From the NCBI GenBank assembly GCA_963850235.1, contig CAWKKM010000019.1, positions 88,949-152,948 on the forward strand: DNA of 64,000 nucleotides. The letters are read 5' to 3'. Below, piece after piece: positions 40,793 through 49,516 of this stretch (its first letter is position 1; every line of letters begins with the position of its first letter). The position numbers were made by a program, and so were the translations under genes. Under the pieces are notes generated by a model. It saw only the letters and a list, made by a program, of their open reading frames with translations. It was not told the DNA's origin and made no database searches. The DNA comes from an uncultured Acidobacteriaceae bacterium (lineage in GTDB: Bacteria > Acidobacteriota > Terriglobia > Terriglobales > Acidobacteriaceae).

Positions 40793-41563
40793 CTAGCGAT
40801 GACTCAACCTTAGGCTTTGCCAGCTGGCGTCGGTAGTCCAGCCGCCGTCCACCACCAAAGCGTGGCCATTCACAAAACCGCTCTGCGCGGGGTCAGCCAG
40901 GAACAGGATGGCCTTGGCGATGTCATCGGGCGAGGCAAAACGGCCCATCGGGTTCACGCCAATGATGTCCTCGTCGGTGTAGGTACCGTTTGCCTGATCG
41001 GCAGCATCCATTTCCGTCTTGACCCACCCCGGACAGACCGCATTGCAGCGCACGCCGCGCCCTCCCCACTCGGCTGCCAACGTGCGCGTAAGCCCGATGA
41101 GCCCGTGCTTGGATGCGTTGTAGGCGGCCCGGTCCGCGATGCCGGCAAGCCCGGCAATCGACGCCACATTCACGATGCTGCCGGCACGCTCCCGCAGCAT
41201 CATCTTTCCGAAAGCGCGAGCCAACAGAAAAGGCGCTACCAGGTTGACTTCGAGCACGCGGCGAAAGGTTCGTGCTTCGATGGTTTCCGCCGGGGCAATG
41301 GAGCTGATGCCGGCGTTGTTGACCAGCACGTCGACCCTATTCCATCGCGTGCGGATCGCTTCTGCGGTGGCTTCGACCACCGCCTCATCGGATAGATCAC
41401 CGGGAAAGTCTGCGGCTTCGCAGCCGGTTGCGCGCACGGCGGCAAGCGTGGAAGCGCACGATTGCAGATCCAGCAGAGCGAGGGAATAACCAGCTACGGC
41501 AAGGATCTCAGCAGTGCGGCGGCCGATACCCTGCGCCGCCCCTGTGACGACAGCTAATTTCAT
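40793..41563 (-). CDS. SDR family oxidoreductase (FabG-like)
   Basis: This is ORF 40793..41608. The likely start is MKLAVVTGAAQGIGRR (the TGxxxGxG motif). The catalytic YNASK is present. Confidence 0.85.
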   Translation of the reverse strand: MKLAVVTGAAQGIGRRTAEILAVAGYSLALLDLQSCASTLAAVRATGCEAADFPGDLSDEAVVEATAEAIRTRWNRVDVLVNNAGISSIAPAETIEARTFRRVLEVNLVAPFLLARAFGKMMLRERAGSIVNVASIAGLAGIADRAAYNASKHGLIGLTRTLAAEWGGRGVRCNAVCPGWVKTEMDAADQANGTYTDEDIIGVNPMGRFASPDDIAKAILFLADPAQSGFVNGHALVVDGGWTTDASWQSLRLSHR

Positions 41564-41731
41564 GGCAGAAGACTCCGATCCTTTCCAAGGTACTAGAATC
41601 CAGGGCACGACGCCCCGCGTGCCCCCTCAACCTTTTGGCCGATGACAAAGGTAATCGCGAAGATCACTATTAATAGGCACTTACGGGTCTTTGCCTGCCC
41701 GCTGGACAAGGTAAGATGGTGCGGGCCAGCT

Positions 41732-42205
41732 ATGAGCCAAAGCGCAACGGCAAGCGAGATCGTGTTGACCGAACAGGTAGGCAGTCGTGCGTTGATGCTT
41801 TTTGACGGGTTGTGCGGGCTATGCAACAGCGCCGTGCGCTGGGTCACCCAACATGATCACGCCGATCGCTTTCGCTTCACCCCTCTGCAGTCCGAACTTA
41901 CCGCGGTCATTCTCAGCCGCCATGGCATTGACCGCGAGGCAGTGCTGCGAAGCAACACCGTCTACCTGGTGCTGGACGCCGGCACGGAGCACGAAAGACT
42001 ATTGACGAAGTCCGATGTAACCGTCAACATGCTGCTGCTCCTGGGTGGACGCTGGCGGGTGCTAGGGTATTTGCTGCGGGCAGTGCCCACGTTTGTGCGC
42101 AATGCCGCCTACGGATTATTCGCGCGCAATCGCTACCGGTTGACCGGCCGATATGAAGTTTGCCCTTTACCGACAGATGCAGAACGGATGAAATTTGTCC
42201 GCTGA
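41732..42205 (+). CDS. DCC-family thiol-disulfide oxidoreductase (DUF393)
   Basis: This is ORF 41642..42205. It contains LMLFDGLCGLCNSAVRWV, a CxxC motif in the DCC context. The start is uncertain (41642 or 41732). Confidence 0.75.
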   Translation: MSQSATASEIVLTEQVGSRALMLFDGLCGLCNSAVRWVTQHDHADRFRFTPLQSELTAVILSRHGIDREAVLRSNTVYLVLDAGTEHERLLTKSDVTVNMLLLLGGRWRVLGYLLRAVPTFVRNAAYGLFARNRYRLTGRYEVCPLPTDAERMKFVR

Positions 42206-42211
42206 GGACCC

Positions 42212-43211
42212 ATGCGATTCGTGCAATTGAAAGCCGGCGAGGTGCGCCGCGTCGCGGTGGTGGAAGAACCGAAGCTGCGATTGTTACGCGACTTCGACTC
42301 CATGTACGCCCTGGCCCAGGCAGCGATCGCGAACGCGCGGCAACCTGACCACCCTGGCCGGCAACCATCTCACAGATGACGTCATTGAGTACGACCAGGT
42401 TTACGAAGGCCGCGCGAAGTGGAAACTGCTCGCGCCCATCGATCATCCGCAGGAGATAGCCCGCTGCCTGGTATCCGGCACCGGCCTCACCCACCTCGGC
42501 AGCGCGCGCGATCGAGCCTCCATGCACATGGCCAAGGAGCAGGAACTCACCGACAGCATGAAAATGTTTCGCTGGGGCGTAGAGGGCGGCCGGCCAGGTG
42601 ACGGCGAGATCGGGATTGCCCCCGAGTGGTTCCACAAAGGTTATGGCTCGATGGTGCACCCGCATGGCGACCCTCTGGTCGTCCCCGCCTACGCGGAGGA
42701 TGGCGGCGAGGAGGCTGAGATCGCGGTGGCTTATGTGATCGGTCCCGATGGCCGGCCCTATCGGGTGGGCATGACCCAGGGCAACGAATTCTCCGACCAT
42801 CGCTTCGAGAAGAAGAACTACCTCAACCTCGCAGGATCCAAGTTGCGCACCTGTTCGATCGGGCCTGAACTTGTGATTGATCCGGATTTTCGAAGCGTGC
42901 CAGGTACGGTGACCATTGAGCGGGGTGGCCGTAATTTTTGGTCGCAACCCATTTCGAGCGGTGAAGAGGAGATGTCCCACAGCCTGCGCAACCTGGAGCA
43001 CCACCATTTCAAGTTCGAGCTGCACCGGCGCCCGGGAGACGTACACATACATTTTCTCGGCGCTCATTCGCTAAGCTTTGGACAGGGGATCGAGCTTAAG
43101 GATGGCGACGTGATGGAGATCCACTTTGACGGCTTCGGGCGTCCATTGCGCAACCCCCTCGTAGTGACTTCGAAAAAAGATTTGGCGGTAGAGGTGATTA
43201 CGCTCGTCTAA
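42212..43211 (+). pseudogene. GguC/AraD1-like fumarylacetoacetate-hydrolase-superfamily protein, one frameshift as assembled
   Basis: The ATG at 42212 opens MRFVQLKAGEVRRVAVVEEPKLRLLRDFDSMYALAQAAIANA... and this frame stops at ca. 42378. The +1 frame continues NLTTLAGNHLTDDVIEYDQVYEGRAKWKLLAPIDHP... into ORF 42522..43211. The span is 1000 nt, which is 3n+1. Confidence 0.7.
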
Positions 43212-43224
43212 CAGACGAAGCCCT

Positions 43225-45291
43225 ATGCAACCCTTTCCCTCTCTCCCAGTCCGCACCGCCGTCGGAGCCCTGGCTCTTGCGTTTTTCGCTCATGCCCAAC
43301 AGGCCGAAAAGCCGGTAACTCATGGCATTTCCATCGCCAACATGGACCCTTCCGTCAAGCCGGGTGACGATTTCTACCTTTACGCCAATGGCGGTTGGCT
43401 GAAGCGGGCCGTCATCCCTCCGGATCGCAGTAGCATCACCGTCTTCACAAGATTGCTTGATCTAAGCAACGAACGCAGTCGTACCCTCATCGAGGACGCG
43501 GGCAAAGCCAAAGCACCGGCGGGCTCGGACACACGAAAAGTCGCCGACTTGTACCACTCGTACATGGACGAGGCCGGCATCGAGTCCCATGGCCTGACGC
43601 CCATTGAGCCAACCCTCAAAGCAGTGGCTGCGATTGCTGACAAGAACCAGTTGGCGCGGGCCTTGGGCGAAAGCCTGCGCGCCGACGTGGATGCGCTCAA
43701 CAACACGAACTTTCACACCCATAATTTATTTGGGTTGTGGGTTGCACCGGGATTTTCCGATTCGGCCCATTACGCCCCCTACTTATTCGAGGGTGGTCTT
43801 GAGCTCCCCAGTCGCGACTACTACCTTTCCGACACCGACAGCATGCGCAAGATACGGACCAGTTACCAGGCACATATCGCGGCCATGCTGAAGCTCGCCG
43901 GCTTTCCTGAGGTCGACGCGCGAGCGGCCCGCATCTTCGCCCTCGAACATGCCATCGCACAAACCCATTGGAGCCTGGCGGAGAACCAGGAAGTGGCAAA
44001 GGCCAACAATCCCTGGAAGCGGAGCGATTTTCCCGTAAAGGCCCCGGGGCTCAACTGGGACGAATACTTTCGCGGCGCGGGGCTGAGCCAGCAATCAGCG
44101 TTTATCGTCTGGCAGCCTTCCGCATTTACCGGTGAAGCGGCCTTGGTCAACTCCACTTCGCTCGATGCCTGGAAAGACTGGCTTGCTTACCACTTGATCG
44201 AAACCTACGCTTCTGTTCTGCCCAAAGCCCTCGCTGACGAGGAATTCGCTTTTGAGGGCCCGGTGCTTTCCGGCGCGCTGAAGGAGCGCCCTCGCTGGCA
44301 GCGTGGCGTGGCAGTGGTTAATGGTGAGCTGGGTGATGCCGTCGGCAAAGCCTACGCCCAACGGTACTTTCCCGCGCAGGACAAAGCGAACGCAGAAGCG
44401 TTGGTAGCCCACATCATTACCAATTATCGCGAGCGGTTGCGTACCTTGACCTGGATGGCGCCTGCAACCAAGACTGAGGCGATTGCCAAGCTCAATGCTC
44501 TCTACGTGGGCATCGGCTACCCGGAGAGCTGGCATGATTATTCCGCCTATGAGGTAAAACCGGACGACATCGTCGGCAACCTCCGCCGCGGCGGCCTCTT
44601 CTACTACCACTTCAACGTGGCTCGCATTGGTAAGCCGGTCAATCGCAAGGAATGGTCGATGACCCCGCAGACCGTGAATGCGGTGAACCTTCCTCTGCAA
44701 AACGCGCTCAACTTCCCTGCCGCCATTTTGCAGCCTCCATTTTTCGACCCCGCGGCGCCTAACGCTGTCAACTACGGCGCGATCGGCTCGGTGATCGGTC
44801 ATGAGATCAGCCACACGTTCGATACCGAGGGCAGCGCGTTCGACGCCCAGGGCCGCATGCGCAATTGGTGGACGCCCGCAGACTTCGCACATTTTCGCGC
44901 CTCCGCCGCCAAACTTGCTGCTCAGTACGACTCCTATAAGCCATTTCCTGACCTCTCCCTAAACGGCAAGCAAACGCTGGCCGAAGATGTCGCCGATATC
45001 GCCGGCGTCTCCGCGGCCTACGATGGTTACCGATCTTCCCTTCAAGGAAAACCCGCTCCTTCGGCACACGGATTCAACGGAGACCAGCAATTCTTCATTG
45101 CCTTCGGGCAAAACTGGGCATCGAAGACGCGCCCTGCCGCGCTCCGTCAACAGGTCTTGAACGATTCGCACGCCCCGGGGCAATACCGTGCGGCCACGGT
45201 GCGCAATGTGGACGCGTGGTACCAGGCATTTGACGTGAAGCCCGGACAGGCACTGTATCTCGCCCCGCAGGATCGAGTGAAGATCTGGTGA
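43225..45291 (+). CDS. M13 family metallopeptidase (PepO/neprilysin-like), secreted
   Basis: The protein is 688 aa with a signal peptide. VIGHEISHTFD carries the HExxH motif. It is a paralogue of 56899..58947. Confidence 0.9.
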   Translation: MQPFPSLPVRTAVGALALAFFAHAQQAEKPVTHGISIANMDPSVKPGDDFYLYANGGWLKRAVIPPDRSSITVFTRLLDLSNERSRTLIEDAGKAKAPAGSDTRKVADLYHSYMDEAGIESHGLTPIEPTLKAVAAIADKNQLARALGESLRADVDALNNTNFHTHNLFGLWVAPGFSDSAHYAPYLFEGGLELPSRDYYLSDTDSMRKIRTSYQAHIAAMLKLAGFPEVDARAARIFALEHAIAQTHWSLAENQEVAKANNPWKRSDFPVKAPGLNWDEYFRGAGLSQQSAFIVWQPSAFTGEAALVNSTSLDAWKDWLAYHLIETYASVLPKALADEEFAFEGPVLSGALKERPRWQRGVAVVNGELGDAVGKAYAQRYFPAQDKANAEALVAHIITNYRERLRTLTWMAPATKTEAIAKLNALYVGIGYPESWHDYSAYEVKPDDIVGNLRRGGLFYYHFNVARIGKPVNRKEWSMTPQTVNAVNLPLQNALNFPAAILQPPFFDPAAPNAVNYGAIGSVIGHEISHTFDTEGSAFDAQGRMRNWWTPADFAHFRASAAKLAAQYDSYKPFPDLSLNGKQTLAEDVADIAGVSAAYDGYRSSLQGKPAPSAHGFNGDQQFFIAFGQNWASKTRPAALRQQVLNDSHAPGQYRAATVRNVDAWYQAFDVKPGQALYLAPQDRVKIW

Positions 45292-45320
45292 GAACGGAGC
45301 CAAAAGGGTAGGCTGTTTGC

Positions 45321-46655
45321 GTGAGCAAAGACGAAGCTGAGGTGCTCTCGATCGAGGGGCAAGAGGTCCGCGTAACCCACCCGGACAAGCCTTATTTTTC
45401 CCGGCAAACGAAGCTGTCGAAGATCGACCTGGTGCGTTATTACCTGTCGGTCGCACCAGGAGCGCTAGCAGGCATCCGGGATCGCCCGATCGTACTGAAG
45501 CGGTTCGTGAACGGCGCCGAGGCGGAAGCGTTTTATCAGAAGCGCGCACCAGGTGATCGCCCCTCATGGATGCGGACGGTCACGCTGTCCTTCCCTTCCG
45601 GCCGCACCGCTGAAGAGATCGTAGTCGACAATGCAGCCGGGTTGGCCTGGATCGTGAACCTGGGCTGCATCGAGTTACATCCGCATCCGGTCCGTTCCGC
45701 CGATCTTGACCACCCGGACGAGTTGCGGGTCGATCTCGATCCAGGTCCGGGCGTCGGTTGGAACGATGTCCGGCAGGTCGCGCTGGAAGTGAAGCAGCTG
45801 CTCGAAGAGCTCGGTCTTCGCGGCTGGCCCAAGACCAGCGGCTCCCGCGGCATGCACGTGAATGTGCGTATCGAACCGCGCTGGACCTTCAGCGAAGTGC
45901 GCCGCGCGGCGCTTGCGTTATCGCGTGCTGTGGAGCGGCGCGTCCCTGCCCTCGCCAGTTCCAAGTGGTGGAAGGAAGAACGCCACGGCGTGTTCCTGGA
46001 CTACAACCAGAACGCCAAGGATCGGACGACCTGCTCTGCGTACTCGGTGCGGCCGTTACCGGACGCCCGCGTGTCCGCGCCTCTTCATTGGCACGAAGTG
46101 GCTGAGAGCAACCCGGCGGATTTTACCGTGCTCACCATGCCGGCGCGGTTCGCCGAGATCGGCGATCCGCACGCAAGCATGGATGCCGAGGCGGGATCGC
46201 TCGAACCACTTCTGGAGCTCGCCCAAAAAGATGAGTCCGCCGGATTAGGCGACGCGCCCTGGCCGCCGCACTTTCGCAAGATGGAAGGCGAGGCGCCCCG
46301 AGTGGCTCCATCGCGAGCCAAGTCCGCCGCGAAGAAGGCCCCGCCGCGGACGAAGATGCCTTTGATTGTGGTCGCGAACTCTCCCAGTAAAGACGAGGCG
46401 CTCTCAGGTTTGGAGAGATGGAAAAACAAACACCCTGAGGCAACCGCGCTTCTGGCTGTAGACGATGTGCTGGTCGATTCCATGCGCGGCACGTCGTCGA
46501 CGTGGACTCGCATACGAGTCAACCTCCGCCACGTGCCTGAAGAGCAAAGGCCACCTCAGGAAACTCCGGACCCGGACGATGATCCCACCCGTGAATGGCG
46601 CACCGGGTGCAAAAAAGGCCGTGGTAGAAGAGCCGCAGATCAGACCGCTCCGTGA
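45321..46655 (+). CDS. NHEJ polymerase/primase (LigD Pol-domain) stand-alone protein with a C-terminal extension
   Basis: The protein is 444 aa with a GTG start. PolDom matches are VTHPDKPYF, LKRFVNGAEAEAFYQK and KTSGSRGMHVNVRI. The last ~150 aa are an unrelated extension. Confidence 0.85.
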   Translation: MSKDEAEVLSIEGQEVRVTHPDKPYFSRQTKLSKIDLVRYYLSVAPGALAGIRDRPIVLKRFVNGAEAEAFYQKRAPGDRPSWMRTVTLSFPSGRTAEEIVVDNAAGLAWIVNLGCIELHPHPVRSADLDHPDELRVDLDPGPGVGWNDVRQVALEVKQLLEELGLRGWPKTSGSRGMHVNVRIEPRWTFSEVRRAALALSRAVERRVPALASSKWWKEERHGVFLDYNQNAKDRTTCSAYSVRPLPDARVSAPLHWHEVAESNPADFTVLTMPARFAEIGDPHASMDAEAGSLEPLLELAQKDESAGLGDAPWPPHFRKMEGEAPRVAPSRAKSAAKKAPPRTKMPLIVVANSPSKDEALSGLERWKNKHPEATALLAVDDVLVDSMRGTSSTWTRIRVNLRHVPEEQRPPQETPDPDDDPTREWRTGCKKGRGRRAADQTAP

Positions 46656-46851
46656 GGAACAGGACGGGTGCCCCATGTTCGCCTCAGCGTACGTGGGCCG
46701 AAAACGATGTGTTCGAATGCTTTTTGCTGAGTCTTGCACTGGACTTCGCAAGTTTACTTCAACGAAAGTTGCAAGATTCAGGGAAAGCATTCGAAACACT
46801 CATTTTCGGCCCACGTACGCTGAGGCGAACGTGGGGCACCCGTCCCGTTCC
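46656..46851. repeat. A-type inverted doublet (REPIN/MITE-like composite palindrome)
   Basis: The left arm is 46656-46706. Its reverse complement matches the right arm, 46801-46851, at 48 of 51 positions. The 94-nt centre is itself an imperfect palindrome (GTGTTCGAATGCTTT ... AAAGCATTCGAAACAC). Confidence 0.9.
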
Positions 46852-46863
46852 CTCTGGCCGTCA

Positions 46864-47938
46864 TTAACGACCGCTGGAAAAGATCTCCATCAACTCTTGC
46901 GGCGGGACCACTTCCAGTTGCGCATAGGTACAGTCCTTAGGCAGCTTGTCCGTGCGCCACCTGCGAAAGTGGGCCATGTGGCGGAAACGCGGTCCCTGCA
47001 TGTGTTCATAGGCCACTTCCACCACCAACTCCGGACGCAGCGGCTCCCAGGAAAGGTCTTTACCCTGGCTCCAGCGGCTCTGGCCTCCAGGCATGCGTTG
47101 CTCACCCACGCCCGGTTCCGCCCAACCAGCTCCAGGGATGATTAACGAGCGCATCCCGACGGTAAGGCTGCAGAAATTCGGCCAGTTCGCGACGCTTAGC
47201 CGTGGTGAAACTCGCACATACGCCAACGTGCTGCAGGGCGCCGGAATCGTTGAACAGCCCCAACAACAGTGAGCCGACGTTGCCCTCGCCCGTCTTATGC
47301 CAGCGAAACCCGGCAACCACGCAGTCGCAATCCCGCTCGTGCTTGATCTTGAGCATCACTCGCTTATCAGGCTCGTACGTTCCATTCATCTGTTTGGCTA
47401 TTACGCCATCCAGCCCGGCTCCCTCAAAACGCCGGAACCAATCCGAGGCAATCCTCACTTCGGCGGTGGCAGGAGTGATATGGATCGGCGCCGGAGCCGC
47501 GCCCAGCATCCGTTCCAACTGCTTTCGCCGCTCTTGAAATGGTTCGCTACAAAGATTGCGATCGCCCTCGCAAAGCAGGTCAAAGAACACCATCGATGCC
47601 GGCGTTTGCTGCGACAACATCTTTACCCGGGAAGCCGCAGGATGAATGCGCAGCTGCAATAAATCAAAATCCAGACCACGCTCAGTCGCGATCACGATTT
47701 CACCGTCGAGCACGCATCGCTCCGGCAGTCGCGCGCGCAAAGTCTCGACCAGCTCAGGAAAATAGCGGTTCAGCGACTTCTGGTCACGGCTTTGGATCAG
47801 GATGTCCTCTCCGTCGCGAAAGACAAGGGCGCGAAATCCGTCCCACTTCGGTTCAAATACCCATCCGTTCTCCGCGGGAAATTCGCTCACTCGTTTCGCC
47901 AGCATGGGCAAGACGGGCGGATTCACAGGAAGTTGCAT
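46864..47938 (-). pseudogene. ATP-dependent DNA ligase (LigD ligase-domain/LigC-like), one frameshift as assembled
   Basis: ORF 47102..47938 holds the adenylation domain (PMLAKRV...FEPKWDGFRALVF, which contains the KxDG lysine). ORF 46864..47316 holds the OB-fold C-terminus (WSQGKDLSWEPLRPELVVEVAYEHMQGPRFRH...). The frame change lies at ca. 47105-47135. The span is 1075 nt, which is 3n+1. Confidence 0.75.
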
Positions 47939-47985
47939 GCCCCCATGGTATCGCCTGCCATGCGCGCGCTATTCTGGACATCCCC

Positions 47986-49239
47986 ATGGCACTCGACCCA
48001 CGCAGAACCGTTACCGACCTGAACCAGCTCCGCGTGCTCACTGCGGACGATCATGGAGCCCAGCGCATCGCCTGGACCGACACCTGGCTCAAAGCGCGTG
48101 CCTGGTTCCAGAGCAAGCTGGCAGATCTGCCGGTGGAGCACCACCTGGACGCTGCGGGAAACTCCTGGACCACGCTCCGCGGCGAATCCGATCGCACCCT
48201 TATCCTTGGCAGTCATCTCGACTCTGTCCCCAACGGCGGTTGGCTGGACGGCAGCCTCGGGGTTCTCGCGAGTTTCGAGGTCCTGCGCAGCCTGGCCGAG
48301 GACTACCACGGCAAGCCGCCAGTCACCATTCGCCTGGTGGACTGGGCCGACGAGGAGGGCGCCCGCTTCGGCCGCAGCCTCTTTGGTTCCTCTGCCTTTG
48401 CCGGGACGCACTCCATCCAAGCCGACCGCGGCCGAACGGACCGCGACGGAATCCGCCTGGAAGATGCTTTGCGCCAGTGCCACGTCGACGTCGACCGCAT
48501 CGGGGACGCGAGCATTGAGCGCGCTCACGCCGGGGCTTACCTGGAACTGCATATTGAGCAGGGACCGGTCCTCGAACGCCTGAGCCTGCCCCTGGGTGTG
48601 GTGCTGGGCACCAAGGGAGTGGAGCGCCATGCCATCACTTTCCACGGCCAGGAAGCGCATTCCGGGTCCACGCCGATGGCGGTGCGCCGCGATGCCCTCG
48701 CGGCCGCGGCCAAGCTGGCGCTCGAGATCAGACCCATTGCGCGCAAACATCCCGACGCGGTCGCGACCATGGGCAGTGTCAAGACCTTTCCCGGCATCGT
48801 GACCGCGGTTGTCGGCCGCTGCGAAACCACTCTGGACATGCGCGATCTGGATGCGGGCGTGCTGGCATCGATGTTGGCCGAAGCCCAGGAAGCCAGCCGC
48901 CGGTTCGCCGCGGAAGAGGGCTGCACGGTGGAGTGGTCAAGGATCTGGAGCATCGAACCGATCCCCTTTGATCCCGCGCTTATCGAACTTTGCGATCAGG
49001 CAGTTCGTGAGACGGCCGGCGCCTCTCACCGGTTACCTTCGGGACCGCTGCATGATGCGGCCGAGGTCGCACGGGCCGGGATTCCGGTGGTGATGATGTT
49101 TACTCAATCGCTTGCCGGCCTCAGCCACAATCCGGCGGAAAACACTAAAACCGAGCATCTGGAGTTGGCCGTACAAGCCTTTGACCGGCTGGCTAGAAAA
49201 ACCATTTCCAAACTCAGTCGGCTTCCCCGTAACGAATGA
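47986..49239 (+). CDS. M20-family amidase (allantoate amidohydrolase / N-carbamoyl-amino-acid or beta-ureidopropionate hydrolase type)
   Basis: This is ORF 47539..49239. The likely start is the ATG at 47986 (MALDPRRTVTDLNQL...). The family motif is ILGSHLDSVPNGGWLDGSLGVLASFEVL. It lies next to the pyrimidine-reduction genes. Confidence 0.8.
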   Translation: MALDPRRTVTDLNQLRVLTADDHGAQRIAWTDTWLKARAWFQSKLADLPVEHHLDAAGNSWTTLRGESDRTLILGSHLDSVPNGGWLDGSLGVLASFEVLRSLAEDYHGKPPVTIRLVDWADEEGARFGRSLFGSSAFAGTHSIQADRGRTDRDGIRLEDALRQCHVDVDRIGDASIERAHAGAYLELHIEQGPVLERLSLPLGVVLGTKGVERHAITFHGQEAHSGSTPMAVRRDALAAAAKLALEIRPIARKHPDAVATMGSVKTFPGIVTAVVGRCETTLDMRDLDAGVLASMLAEAQEASRRFAAEEGCTVEWSRIWSIEPIPFDPALIELCDQAVRETAGASHRLPSGPLHDAAEVARAGIPVVMMFTQSLAGLSHNPAENTKTEHLELAVQAFDRLARKTISKLSRLPRNE

Positions 49240-49399
49240 CGGGTGGGCAGATGTGGGATTCCGCGGATGTCCACCCGTCACTCTCTACTGGCAACAGGTC
49301 TTGATGGGCGTCATCTACACCTCGCAGACTCAGGAGCCGAGGTTCGTGGAATCCCACATCTGCCAACACCGGGCAGATATGGGGCACACGTCATTCGTT
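49231..49399. repeat. C-type (B-related) composite element with terminal inverted repeats
   Basis: AACGAATGACG (49231-49241) and CGTCATTCGTT (49389-49399) form a perfect 11-bp inverted repeat. The right unit is GTGGAATCCCACATCTGCC-AACACC-GGGCAGATATGGGGCACACGTCA. The left end overlaps the amidase stop codon (49237-49239). Confidence 0.8.
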
Positions 49400-49516
49400 A
49401 CCGTGCAGGCCGTGAGAAACGGCCTGAGGTCAGTCACCTCTGATCACGATCGGCTATTGGCATAGTGCATAATGGTGGTTTCCCCACTAACGACGCAGGG
49501 AGAGGGTATCGCCCGA

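Noticed and set aside
46709-46723. GTGTTCGAATGC resembling a tRNA T-arm (GGTTCGAAT)
   Set aside because: No acceptor, D or anticodon arms surround it. The motif is one half of the palindromic centre of the repeat element and recurs at 55107-55116.
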